In this document: piece by piece, positions 37,954-50,295 of the stretch
Layout of the letters: every line of letters begins with the position of its first letter
Position numbering within the stretch: position 1 is the stretch's first letter
Assembly (NCBI GenBank): GCA_004022145.1
Contig: RCNU01000009.1
From: Paecilomyces variotii
Lineage: Eukaryota
Direction: 5' to 3' (one strand)
DNA: 64,000 nt
Made by a program: the position numbers and the translations under genes
Notes under the pieces: model-generated
Database searches by the model: none
The model's input: the letters and a program-made list of their open reading frames with translations, nothing else
Told to the model about the DNA's origin: nothing

Positions 37954-40574
37954 TCACTGTTCCGACTTCTAATAATCATACGTTAGCTCGAACGTAAAAC
38001 AGGCGACGACTGGAGATAGCGGTATAAGATACTCAGAGCAAGCCGACATCACAAGTACCATATCCCCGACCGGTTTCCAGAGGGGAATTTATGAGGATAG
38101 CGGGGGATCTTACAGTCGCATTCTCATCTTGAGCAGTCACAGGCGTCAAATTCCCAGACGGGGAGAATTCCGGCGCTGTTGAGGAGAGCAATTTGCTCTT
38201 CGTACCATTCGTCAAGGCGTGATGCGAACCATCTGAGGCAGAACCGTTGACATAGGGAGCGGCGGCATATTCAAAGTGGGATGCATTCTCGTCCACCGGC
38301 GGATAAGACTTGGCAGGTGGAGGGCCTTCATTCTGCGCGGAGGGGTCACGCTGATCAATGGTGAGAACCCACTGTTCCCATCTCTCTCTAGGACGAACTC
38401 TGTCAACGCCGTCCTCGCTGATCTGGTACTCCACATTGCGAAGTTGACGGGCGACATGGCGGAGAAGCTCGAAATCCTCCGTCAGAGTCTTGACCCTCTT
38501 GAAGCCAGCAATAAAGCTCAGGAGAACGAAACCCTGAGAGTCCATGTGTTTCCGGAGGAAGATATCCTTGCAAAGGTTGTCCACGGAGAAGTAGTACTCA
38601 AGCTGCATAGAGATCATGCCCATAAGAGAAAACGGTTCCATGTATGGCTGGTACGGGATCGCAGTCATAGGACCAGGATGCACCGGGGGATAAGCATACA
38701 CAGTGTTAATGTCAGCAGGAACCGGATAGGCGCCGTACATAGCGGCCGTGTTGGGTAGCGAGGGGGAGCGAATGGACATCCGGTTGTGAGACTGTCCGTT
38801 CTGGAGCCCTTGCTGCGAACGTTGGCGGTCGAAGTTGAACGACTTGTTCGGGATGAATGAGTGGTGCGAAATGTGAGGGTTAGGGAACTGAGAGCTCTGG
38901 GAGCTTCCATAGGAGCCGTGGCCACCTCGTCCCCTGTATGCACCCCGGCCGCGCTCTGGGCGCGAGTCGCCTCGCTCCCTGGGGTGATCACGGTGACTGT
39001 GGAATTCGCGAGGGAATGATGCAACGTCCGCAGACTTCGGACCGTTATCAAAGCGACGCTCGTGGCTGGAGCTGAAACGACCATTATGGGAGTCTCCGGG
39101 AACGTGGATGCTCCGCGAGTGGTAATCAGCACCCTTGTGAGAAGGCTCATGAGTTTTGCCAAAGGACTTTCGTGGGAAACCCTCCGTGCCATTGGTCTGT
39201 GCACCCTCGTTGGCTCCATGCGTATCCTCAGAGCCCTTTGCCCGGGGTTCACCACGGGCTCGCTCTGGTGCCTGAGAAGATCTACGCTGCTCCGTTGCAG
39301 TCGCAGCATCCGTACTGTCCGACCTCCGGGTCTGAGCTGGCAGGGAGTTTGCCCTAGTACCATTAGGCTCGTTTCGGCCTCTGTCTCCAGCAGCGGCCAC
39401 CTTAGAGGCGCTTCCCTGCACCGTTTGGCCTGGAGCGGCCTTGTCTGCTCCAGCAGCAGCGCCGGCACCGTGAGCTCCTCCACGGCCACCGTCTCTTCCA
39501 CCTCGAGACGCTCTTCCACCTCTGCGTGATCCAGAGGGCAAGGGCGTATTGAAAACAGCGGTTGGGACATATGGCACAGGTGTCCACTTCTCCTTGCCAT
39601 GAGTTCTGACTCCGGGACTCTTCTCAGTCTTTTCAGACTTCTCGCTCTTCTCCTGAGCTTTCCTCTTCTCCTCTCCCTGGGCAGTCTGCGGGGTCGGCCA
39701 CAAGGCAGCATCACCAACCGGTGGAAGTGCTCCTTCAGCTGAGACGGCGCCGCCATAACGGAATCCGGATTTTCTCGCACCTTCAATTCTTGATTAGCTA
39801 GGGACCATATAGATTTTGGCTACAAGATGGCAACTTACCCTCATCACGTCCTCTTCCATCGGTCTTCTTGCGATCCCTTACTTGAGAGCCAGCTCCCTCA
39901 GGAGCGCCATCGGCCTTCTTCTTGGGGCCGGATCTCGACGGATCTTGGTCTGCACCAGATTTCACGGCGCCACCCTTGGCGGCGGCCGAAGCTGTAGGCT
40001 TCAAGGTACCAGTGGCCTTGGCCTTTGCTTCCTGTGCCTCTTTCCTCTGTTGCCAGACATTAACCGCAGGGATGGGTGCGGCCTTCAATTCCTTAGGTGG
40101 GGAGGGCGCCTTTTCAGAAGCGCCGTTGGATTTCTCCTGGGTTCCCTCAGCTGTCTGGTTGGCCTTCTCAACAGGCACAGAAGCCTGCGACTGCTTATCC
40201 CACGTTGAGTCGGAGGATCCGTTAGGAGTGACGGAAGCGTCATCGTCCTTTGTGAGCGTCGAAGTAGAGGCAGTACCGAGGCTAGGAGAAGAAGTTCCAG
40301 AAACGATATTCTTTGATGAACCTGCTGAAGCTTGCTGCTGGCCGGCAGATTCAGTCTCTCGTTCGACCTTGGACTCTGTATTCTCCGTGTCCGCCTTTAC
40401 CTCTGACCTGGTCGCAGGAACTGAGCTATCGTTCGAGTCGTCATTAGAAGCTTGTTTGCTCTGATTAGCACTGGATTTGGCTGTCTGTTGCGTCGTAGGT
40501 GTTGACACAATGCCCTTAGCTGCCTGGGCGTATGAGAAAGTAGGCATTTCTGGTTTGCTCGCCATTGCTGCCAT
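37954..40574 (-). CDS. La-related RNA-binding protein (Sro9/Slf1/LARP1-like); 3' end uncertain (38033 if the last intron is retained)
   Basis: FSYAQAAKG, APIPAVNVW, WPTP, KEKWTPV, La motif QLEYYFSVDNLCKDIFLRKHMDSQGFV..F.RV; RGG-rich. Confidence 0.88.
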
Positions 40575-42294
40575 AGCGACGGAAAAACTGTAATGTCCAA
40601 GAATGGTCCGACGCTGCGCACCAAGACCGAAGGGATTTTTCGTATAGCAGCCACCGGAAGGATTTCTGCGCACCGACTATAGTCGAGATTGCTTCGCACC
40701 GGCGGAATCAGTGACACCTATTTCCGCCCTCAGGCAACCCCACCAATCTGCGAACCCCGTTTATTGTTGTCCAACTAGGAAACTCCCACTCGGTTATATG
40801 GTTGATAGACACGAATAGCCGTAGAGGTGTCGAGCAAAGGAATCGGTATACTTCGTCTGTGGCGAAGGCGTTGCGGAACGTTGGTCTTTCACAAAAAGCG
40901 AATTAATATCCGGGTTGCATGGATATGGTTGCTATCAAACCCTCCTAGATTCTGTCCGACTGGCACTGTAAGGGTATATGATCCTTCTCGGCCAGATGGT
41001 GATCCTTTGCACAGATGATGGGAGACACTGTCTGATTCAACACCTGAGAGAAAGAGAGAGTCGAGGACCTTCGTCGAAACCCGTTGAACTCTGTCCACAA
41101 AAATCCGACACGCGAATCTGCCCGTCGAGAAAAAAAAAGTGGCCGGTCACTGGGATGCGGAGTGAGACAACGCAACGTGTGATTGTTGAACAGACAAAGC
41201 AGTTTTAACGACACCAGAAAAGGCACGCAAGCTGCTGATGGAACGTTCGGAGCGCTGTCCCCCTGTAAAGCAAGAGTGAGAGCGCGAGTTGCACGTGGTG
41301 ACGGTGACGGACGGCACAGTCGACACTACCACAAAGTATTGTTTAGTAGTGCAGAGACGACGGTCGAACGTGCAGTCGAAGCAAACTCGCGAGACACTTG
41401 AGTGCTGAGGAACGAAACCCTCGTAATCAGTCCAGTCCCACACCAGCAAAGATGTTGGTGTGAAGGAAGATCGAGAGACCGAGACGGATGAGGGCACACG
41501 GAAAAGGAATCTAACCTCAGCAGCACGGACGCCAACAGCAGCCGACGGGGACGTCGACAAAAGACGTACAAGGGCCGTGAACAAAAGGGCAAAGTACGAC
41601 GAGGGGTTGTTGGAGAGAAGAAAGGGACGAGGAAGAGGTTCGGGGACGAGGTATTATTGTGGAATCCGCAAAGTAAAAAAAAAAAAGTCTTCTGCCTCCC
41701 GTTAAGCTAGGAAATTATGTTCTCTTGGGTTGCCGAACGCCCGCGGTGCACCAAAATGGACTAAGAGACGGCCTTCTCTTTCTCTGTGGGTAACGAGCTG
41801 GTCACTGGACAGTACGCAGTTACGCAGCCTCGCGCGGGCGCTGGCGGAACCATCGCTGCTGGTACCGAGCAATACTCAGGCAATACCGCACGACTTGGCC
41901 TGTCCTGGCCTGATCTCTGCGTATCTCCCAGGTACCCGGCGGTCTCGGTATGGCCAATACGCCCGGTCGTACCAAATCCCGTACCAGAACCCCTCGTTCC
42001 ATACAGTATCCAATACGTCTTTATACACACTCATACCAATCTTACCTATTTACCGTTGTCGGGCCGCTGGCAGACAGAGAGGGGCTTATTTTTGCTCATT
42101 AACAGCTCTTTGTGACCTGATAATTCGGGATAATAATAATAATCATAATACCACTACTGATCAGGCACTTCTCTCGAAATAACGAGGCCAACTAATAGGC
42201 GTAGCAGATGCATCGACCAATTCAATGTAGATAAGAAAACGCCAGCGCGTGGCGGTGGTTGCTATGCTGGACTGCAGTGCATTATTTTGGAGAA

Positions 42295-42302
<8 letters not shown>

Positions 42303-42330
<28 letters not shown>
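42303..42330. repeat. (AG)n microsatellite
   Basis: 14 AG units seen directly. Confidence 0.9.
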
Positions 42331-44294
42331 TAAGCAACACTTTCTCGCGTGCACTATCGTCCCATCACAAGCGACCGTTTTATTTTCGCCAGGCCCGTCA
42401 TCAATTGTCGAGACGCGAAAGGTATCTTCTGCAATACCTGCCCTGTTGCACCATACTCAATGTGCTGCTTACCCAGGCGTCCATCTCAGCCATTGATTGA
42501 TATCATTAGCAAGTAACGAGGGCTGCGACAATGGATAGCCCGCTTAACAAGAGATTCATTGAAGGAAATTCCATACAGTAACTATGGAGTAATAATAATC
42601 GTTGTAAAAAGTATTAGTAGGTCGCTGCATTTGGCCCCTCACTCAACCCCCGCGCGGTGGAAATCAGGAGAGGGCGTTTTCCTGCAAGTCCTGCTACATC
42701 CCTGTAGGGTCGTATCATTATCTGTCTCAGGGAAAAAATTCAAGAAGGTCGTGCCCAAAGAAATAATTATTACGGAATGCGCCTTTTCTTCAGGGTCCTT
42801 AGGGAAAGCTCCGGCATTTCATCGCGCGGGGTCCCACCACAGGAGGAGCAGAACAGCTGAGCAAGCCATGATTAATATCTCCTCCCACCTTAGGCGCGGG
42901 ACGCGGTTCTTATCCCTCATCTATATATTGCCGGGGGCATGGCTAGTCTTTTCTTCCAATTTCAGAGCCCTCGGTGTAAACCCGTGAGCATGGTCCTTGC
43001 ACAGGTTTTGTCATATTGCTGGAATGGACGAGTATCGATACGTTCATCCCTGCCAGGGTCCTCGCAGTAGTAATAATAATAATAATAATCACAATAATAG
43101 TTAACGGCGTACATGTATGTAAATACTCACGTGTCGCTGGTTTTTCCGGCGCTAATTCCTCTAGACCCGGAAGATGAAAGATTGTTAGTATGGTAGGTAG
43201 GTAGTAGTTCTACCACATCATGCAGAGTACAGTACTCCGTAGATGGCAGATGCAGACCTTGACTTCTCCACGTTTTCTTTTTATGGCGTCTAAACGCCTT
43301 GGGTCATTATTATTGCCACACTGTTCCAGGCTTCCAGCCATCACCGTGACAGTCATGGGGTTTTTCCTGATCTGGTCGGGACAGACTCCGCAAGAAGGCT
43401 TGTCTGTCTTTTCTCCGAACAGTAAGAGTGATGCGCGATGATCAGGTACGTGCGAGCCTTTTGAAACTGTATCGGTCTCTCCCCGGGGAAGCGCCCCTAT
43501 CCAGGGCATAGGTTCGCGGGCTGTCGCGGGCGTTGCCAGGTAAGACTTACTGTAGTAACTTAGACGTCAGCTCGCTTCCCGGGGAGCTCACTGCTCAGAG
43601 CACAAAGGTCGGATCTCCTTCAGGGCTCAAGCCCCAGTTGCGGGGCTACCGTGCGCGATGTGATGATGGCGTTCTGATTATCTGTTTGCGTGCAAGACAA
43701 ACTCAAACTCGGCTGTCATACGATACTGTGCGTCACCAGGAGATTGAGTGAAGAGATCTATACCGAGTTTCTGCATTGAACGACGTACACTGCCCTCTGT
43801 CCGTTCGATATGTGGCAAGCCATCTCCCCCAACAATTTTTATGGCCGCGATGGTGCTTTCCCGGGAAATCCCATGTTTCCAGCTGTCCGGCCTCCATTTT
43901 CCCGGGAGTTATCTAATACCTGATAATAGTTTTGCCGAATTACCACCAGCATGGCCGCCAAACAATGTAAACTGTATTCCGTAGGTCTTGCAGTGAACAA
44001 TTCCATATGCAACCGCTTTGTGCACCCGGATTCGACGTGAGAAGTTGGAAATTCAATTGAGAGCTGAGTGTCAAATCCCAAGAGTCACCGTGCAATTTCA
44101 GCGCCAAAAGATCAAGAAGTATACAGTAGTTATGGGTATAATATCACAATAGAGCTCCGGGACATGACCCCAGAGGATTAAAAAAAAGGAAAGGACCAAA
44201 ACGTATGCCAATCCGGCAATTTCAAAAACACAGCAGAAATTTGAAGCAAAAACAGTCATTCTATAGAGAAGCCAGACAGAATATGCCCCTGCTT

Positions 44295-46762
44295 TTACCA
44301 ATGTCTCACACTGACCAGCACTTTCTCTCGTGGGTCAGGGTCGAAGCCTGGTTGTCCGGTATTCAGCCCCATGCGCATAAGCATATGCCAAACGACCTTT
44401 CGCTTCAGTCCCTCTCGCACAGGGATCTTCTCTAGGGCGTCATGCCCATTGAAATACTTAGTAAATAAAGGCCAGTACTTCTTCAGGGACTCGTTAAACC
44501 CGTTGTCGTCCACATCAGCACCCACAGTACCGCCATTTACCAATCCTCGCGTGGTGTCGGACCCAGTTCGGTCTGGGAAGCGTGCCATGATCTCATCAAG
44601 CCATCGAGACTCCAGAGGAGATGCACGATGAGGGAAAGGGATAAGGGATGACGTGGTCATGTGCATATCCCGATTGATGAGCGACTGTGAAAGATGCATT
44701 GATCGTTCGGACCCGTAACGGCCAGGTATTGGGGTCTGCTGCCCACTTGCTTGGCTCTCCAGGGACGAGGAAGAGGAGGAGCCGTTGTCATCTTCATTGC
44801 CAGACCCGTCTCCATCCTCCAGCGGACTGGAAGATATCCTATGCTGGGAAAGGAGCTTGTCCATCTCCTCCCTTCGCATGGCCATCTCCACCGCCATTTT
44901 AATCTCAGGAGTGACCTTGACCCTCGCGAAAGCCCTGAGCTGAGTGACCCAACCTCCTCGCAACAACCATGCCAGAATAGCGAAGTAGGCTTCCTTGTGA
45001 TCATTGCTAGGTATGAAGCTCCCGTATGGGCGTGGCGTACGGCTGAGCGCAGACAGCATCTTTGGCAGGCTAGGAAGAGTTGGGAAGGCCGCTGCATAAG
45101 CAGCGGTGGCAGCTTCAAGCTTGCTCAGATCGCAATTGGGAGATACAATGTATGTATCCCGTTGGTGGAGAGGAGGGATAGCCCTTGCGCGTCTCCAGTA
45201 CACAAGGTGGCTGGCCAGCAGCTGGATATTGGAGAGTGGGATTCCCGAAGCAGCTGAAACCTGAGCAAATGACTTCGTTGGCTTAGAACAACGAATATAG
45301 TGTGCTAATGCTGGACCAAGCGCACCACCAGATGCTTCAACGTCTTTTAATATAGTTGCTTCATTATCCAGCAACAAAAGTGCAAAGTGTTTGGCCAGTA
45401 TCTGGTGCGGTGGAGCAGTGTCAGCAGCGAAGGTATCATCAGCTGGGCTTAGACTATCCGCAGTAGTGAGCCATAGGCCTGGGTATGCAGTGTCCATTGG
45501 AGTGGGAAGATATGGTGTCGATGTTAAAGGTGGGATCTGTAGCGATATCGAAACATCTGGGCTTAGAGTGACGGAGGCAATCTTCGAAGCTGATATGCTT
45601 GAATAGAGTGTACAGATCGCTCTCGCCAGAGACGAGCGAGAAACAAGCTCGGAATAGAGACTATTTACTGATGTCTCTGCAGGTCATGATCAGTCAGGAT
45701 GATCCAGATGCCAAACCACGGACATGACTTACTCTGCTCTTTCGCCTTTTCCTTGATATGTAGAATCGTCTGCGCCTCTGTCCATACGTAGTCCGCACGG
45801 GCTTGTTCCCATTTCAGAGCCTTTCCGAACTTCTTGATCACGTTTTCATAGTTTTCCTTGATACGGATCGAGTATTCCAGCTGTGGAGGGTCCAGTACGA
45901 AGACGACGTTGAACATTGTCATCGAGTCCTTATCGTTGTCTGGCGATTCATCGCTTTTTGATGTCTTGCTTTTAGTGTCCGTAGGAGCTTTCCCATCACT
46001 AGCTGTGCTTGACTTAGTTCCTGCCGGAGTGGCCGACTCAGGTGCTGTGCCTTCTTCCTCCAACCGACTTTTATCAAGTTGATCTTCGTGACCAAGATCA
46101 CCTCCCTCCCATTCCGGTCTAGGTTTCTTCTTCTTTCGTTTCTGTTTGCGCCATGTGCCATCATCGCGGACAAATACAGGCCAGCCGACAAATGCTAGGT
46201 CATTGATCCCAACCTCAAACCGCCGTTTATGCCAGGTTTCCGACGGAGCCAGCAGTTTCTCCCACACATCTGTCGTGAGGCCCAAGAGCGTTTCCCATGG
46301 TGGTCGAGTGTTCTCTCCGCTGCCGTTGCGTCGCGCATCGGATGAGGTGCCCTGATCATCCTCTATGTCCGAATTTGCTCCTCTCTTTCTCACAGAGGCA
46401 CGGCTAGAGACCAAAGATGGTGGCCGTTGAGACTCTGCTGCGACTGTCGAAGCGGATACAACATTCTCGTCAATACCATGGTTGCTCTGGGGCCTGCCGA
46501 AAGAACCACTGTTTCCTAGATAACTTGCTTCATCTTCTTCGTCTGAAGTGCTGCTAGTCTCGTCGCTGGAGGCTGATTCGTTATTTTTGGTTCCTTGCGT
46601 GTTCTTGCGAGAGATCGAACGTCTCTTGGTCGGATTTCTTAGGCCATTGTCACTGAGAGGGTTCGGAGGGTAATGGAAAACAAATCGCGGACCGGCGCGG
46701 GAGCGGACGATAAGGATGATCGCAACAAGGCAGGGGTCTGGAGGGCGCGCTATAGATGACAT
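44295..46762 (-). CDS. NPR3: NPR3 (SEACIT/GATOR1 subunit), 2 exons
   Basis: GPRFVFHYPP, FEVGINDLAFVG.P, MFNVVFVL, LKWEQAR..YV, HLVYWRRARAIPPLH, YFNG..ALE.I. Confidence 0.93.
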
Positions 46763-47170
46763 TGATGGTCACAAGTGTTCCTAGCAGCTTCCTAGGACGA
46801 ACGTTGTGGGATTAAAGTTGGGGACCTTAAGAGCTGCTGAATTTCTGGAAGGCGGATAGATAGCTTCCCCGCATCGAGCTTGCAGAGGATCGACCGACTG
46901 GAGCAGCGACTGCACCAGGAAAGTGGAGCAAACAACGCGATTCCAATCATTCGAAGAGGTAGGGAGATTCTATTTCATTTTGTATATCGTCATGCTAATG
47001 TACATATAGTTGTCTGAACCATCTGCCTGTTCTGGCAAGAAAAGATGTCACATATTGACACACGTAGGAATACCCATCCAACGCCGTATCCATGCTATTT
47101 AAGAACCCTATTGATTCCTCTGCGGAATTCATTGATTTCTGAGAACGTCCCAGTTATGTGAATTGAGTTA

Positions 47171-47918
47171 TTAACTTCCTCCTTCAGGTTTCGTTACTGA
47201 TGCGCCGGTTGTTCCCTGGTCCTGGCCTTTGTTGTCCCCTTCGAAGACGAGCCCTAAGTTCTTGAAATCGTCTGGAGCCATAAGATTCCTATTCGCAGAC
47301 AAATACAATTAGCATCCCTCAAAAGTTCATGTGCTTTCCTACGTATCAACAGCAAGGGGTGCGATAGCAGGATCGTCGCGAGAGCGCAATCCAGTCTCTC
47401 TCTAGAAACCCCAAGCAACCGGGTTATTGGAGAACGACATTGATGTCAACGACAGAATTCACTTACTTGTCCATGCGACAACCCAAGTATCCTTTCGCGA
47501 GTTTGCGACACCGCTCATCATTGACGCCTTTCTGCGACTTGAGACACTTGATGTATTCAGAGATCAGGTGCTTGCATTCTCCTGCAGGGAGGACAATACG
47601 TATTAGCAACGTCGTATTAATGTATTTTCAACGGGATATAGACAGTCCAGAGATATTATTCTCTAATCCAAAACCCGAAGATTGACCACTGAAAGAACGC
47701 GCTCGAACGGGAAAGGTGCTCCAGTACCGTCATGATCAAGAGGAAAGCTACCACGCTCAGGTCTGTTTAGAGAAGTATTAGTCTCATAAGTCCAATAGAA
47801 GATTCGAACTGCTCTTGAACGAGCTGGCTGATGCGATTGAAGACCACGAGGGGTATTCAATAACTCACGGCGTGGGCTTGAAGTTGACGGCACCGCCACC
47901 TGGGCTTCCAAAACTCAT
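47171..47918 (-). CDS. COX19: COX19 twin-CX9C cytochrome c oxidase assembly factor, 4 exons
   Basis: Spliced [67 protein letters not shown]. Confidence 0.93.
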
Positions 47919-48658
47919 GTTTTCTAGCTATCCCTGCTTCAAGAAAAGTACTCAATGGCTTGAGACGAAAATAGTATAGATTTTCGCCGGACGACGTTCT
48001 GCAAAGCAAATCCTCTTCTTCCTTTCTCTCGCTGCGCCGCTTTGAATCGGGACCTCGGAAAGACTTCAAACAAGACAAAAGGTACAAACACCACTAGCTC
48101 CATCCAGACTCCGTCCGCTTATCCCGAATCATCTCTTACTTGCTGCCAACGAGATCCACATGAACGAGTCATGCTACTCCCATCGATTGAGATAGAATAA
48201 ATTGACTCGTCTATTGGTAAGCTCATCCACGATGCGGGCATTTCGTATCTGTAGAGCCAGGCCTTCAATGCTGTGCCAATCTTATCGAGGCGTGTATATA
48301 CAGACGTCTACTATTCGTACATAGCCTGTGAAAATTGTAGGAAATCAGAATAGGCTCTGATACCTTTTGTACCGTCTTCTTCAGAACAAGTACTGTCTTG
48401 ATAAGGGAAACCTGCGGAGTAATTCCGCTCCTGAAATCTGGTATCAAGCCGTGAGACCTGCCGATTTGGACGGACCCCCTCAGTTGTATGTATGACGTCC
48501 CAGCCCCTCTTTATCAACTTATTTCTTAATACGTAGTCCCATCTACAGGATCTTTCATTTCAAATTTCTCTTTCGCGCAGGATCAGACCTATTATCTGGT
48601 ATTGTTATTCGATCGACATACGGTTTCTTCCAACCATCTCTACTACCGCCGATTCACG

Positions 48659-49330
48659 ATGCCGATGTTAGTCGTCTTCCTATTTTGACGGGTGACAGCC
48701 AGTCGCGTCCAATATCTTTATCCACGGGGTTACTAACATTGCTGGTAAATATGCAGGCTACTCCTGGGCAGCTGCCAATGCGGTGGCGTTGAATTTTCCC
48801 TTGAATCGCATACTCCGGTCCCATACCAGCTCTGCGCATGCAGTATCTGTCGGAAAGTTGGCGGCTACAACGGCTGCGTGAATCTCGGAGGCGTCGCAAA
48901 GACACTGGTAATCAAGAAAGGGAAAGATCTCCTTAAGTAAGTTATATATCTATTTCCTGTGCAGGCGCTCAGTTCATTGCGTATGATGGATTGGTAGCGT
49001 TCGGGACTGATTGTGCTCTTTGGCAGGAAATACACTGCTATCAAAGATCGCGGCAAGCCAAACCAGCAGATCTGCTCGTCGGAACGTAATTTCTGCTCTA
49101 ATTGCAGCACGATGCTCTGGTTATGGGACCGTCATTGGCCAGAACTGATTCATCCGTTTTCGTCCGCCATAGACACTGAGTTGCCTGCTCCAGATGAGAT
49201 GGTCTGCGTCATGGCAGGTTCCAAGCCGAACTACGTGAGGTGGCCGGAGGGCAAGAAGAGCGTCCACGAATTGTATGGCGAGGATAGCATTGAAGGATGG
49301 CATAAGAAACATGGCCTTTACATTCGGTAG
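48659..49330 (+). CDS. GFA/CENP-V (Mss4-like) zinc-binding protein, 3 exons
   Basis: MPMLLLGSCQCGGV..YQLCACSICRK..RNFCSNCSTMLW..HPFSSAID; introns begin GTTAGT (48667) and GTAAGT. Confidence 0.85.
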
Positions 49331-49757
49331 GTTTACGACAAAGGGAAAACTGGCATGAGAATGGTATGACAATGTATTCATTGATCTAGCTAGCGAGAAT
49401 TATGGACCACCTGATAGGTGCTGCAGTTTATCTCGTCGACGAGATGTGGGGTATCTTATGATCTTCCAATTGTTAGTCAAGGATTCAAACTCAAGATGAG
49501 TAGTACAGCAAAGTGGAAACAAATTCGAATCAGTTCTCCAAGATGAATAAGATTCTTCAACGTGTAACTCAGTAAGAACACAGCGAATAAAGAGTTCATC
49601 ACGAAAGAATATGCAACGAGAATGGAACAAAACTTACAATCTAGGAGGAAAACGTCCGCTATTGCAAGGTAAGTTCCTAGCGAGACCGAAAATGTCAGCG
49701 ACATGACTGAATAAGCGATCCTCTGCAGGATGATGAAAGATATAAAGGCATATCATC

Positions 49758-49920
49758 TATCTCAGGCTTTGCGCCCATCTGTTAGCATGCGCACTTCCTT
49801 CTGTTCAGTACTGGAATACGACATACCTCATTAAATCAGAATTTTCAGTGTATACGTTCATACCCGGAACACTGTTGGTGTATCCGGTTCAAACAGTGTG
49901 AATAGTGTTCATCATTTGAA
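49758..49920 (-). ncRNA. snR51: Box C/D snoRNA snR51 homolog (25S Um2729, 18S Am100), split by an internal intron 49826-49767
   Basis: C box ATGATGA 49915-49909; TATTCACACTG before D' TTGA is complementary to 25S CAGUGUGAAUA; after splicing, CTGATTTAATGAG|C-CTGA is complementary to 18S GCUCAUUAAAUCAG. Confidence 0.88.
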
Positions 49921-50045
49921 AGATGATAGCCATATACTTCGGGGAATCAGGGCTCCTTGTGCATATGAGACAGTACCTAGTGACATTAAGGTCAGTTCGA
50001 GTTCGAATCATACAATGATATCAAAAATGCGAGTCATGTTGATAA

Positions 50046-50180
50046 TCAATCAGGTGACGAGTTCTCAACAAGCATTTCGCCTCCCCAGCACCCGCAAAGT
50101 TTGTACGCTTTGCTTTTCATGGATGAGGGCAGATGAATCCGTTCTGTCCGCCCGTTCGTTCATGGCTTCTTCATGAAGGG
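50046..50180 (-). ncRNA. snR70: Box C/D snoRNA snR70 homolog (18S Cm1639)
   Basis: C box ATGAAGA 50174-50168; ACGGGCGG before D' CAGA is complementary to 18S CCGCCCGU; extra element GTACAAA pairs with the adjacent UUUGUAC; D box CTGA 50053-50050. Confidence 0.85.
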
Positions 50181-50295
50181 GTCGCGTGGTGAGGTGTGGG
50201 AATGTTGATAGATAGAGAATAAAAGTACCTATTAGCGTCGACTGTTAGTTACTGCGAAATCAATGGCATGGGACAAATGATATCGTTGTAGAGAT

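Noticed and set aside
38665-39786. 373-aa alternative-frame ORF and many antisense ORFs over real genes (e.g. 2401-2943, 16793-17503, 17581-18261)
   Set aside because: Shadow ORFs caused by codon bias; no motifs.
41730-44081. Numerous 60-150 aa ORFs in the large intergenic region
   Set aside because: Mostly non-ATG starts, low complexity and microsatellites; looks like promoter or regulatory DNA.
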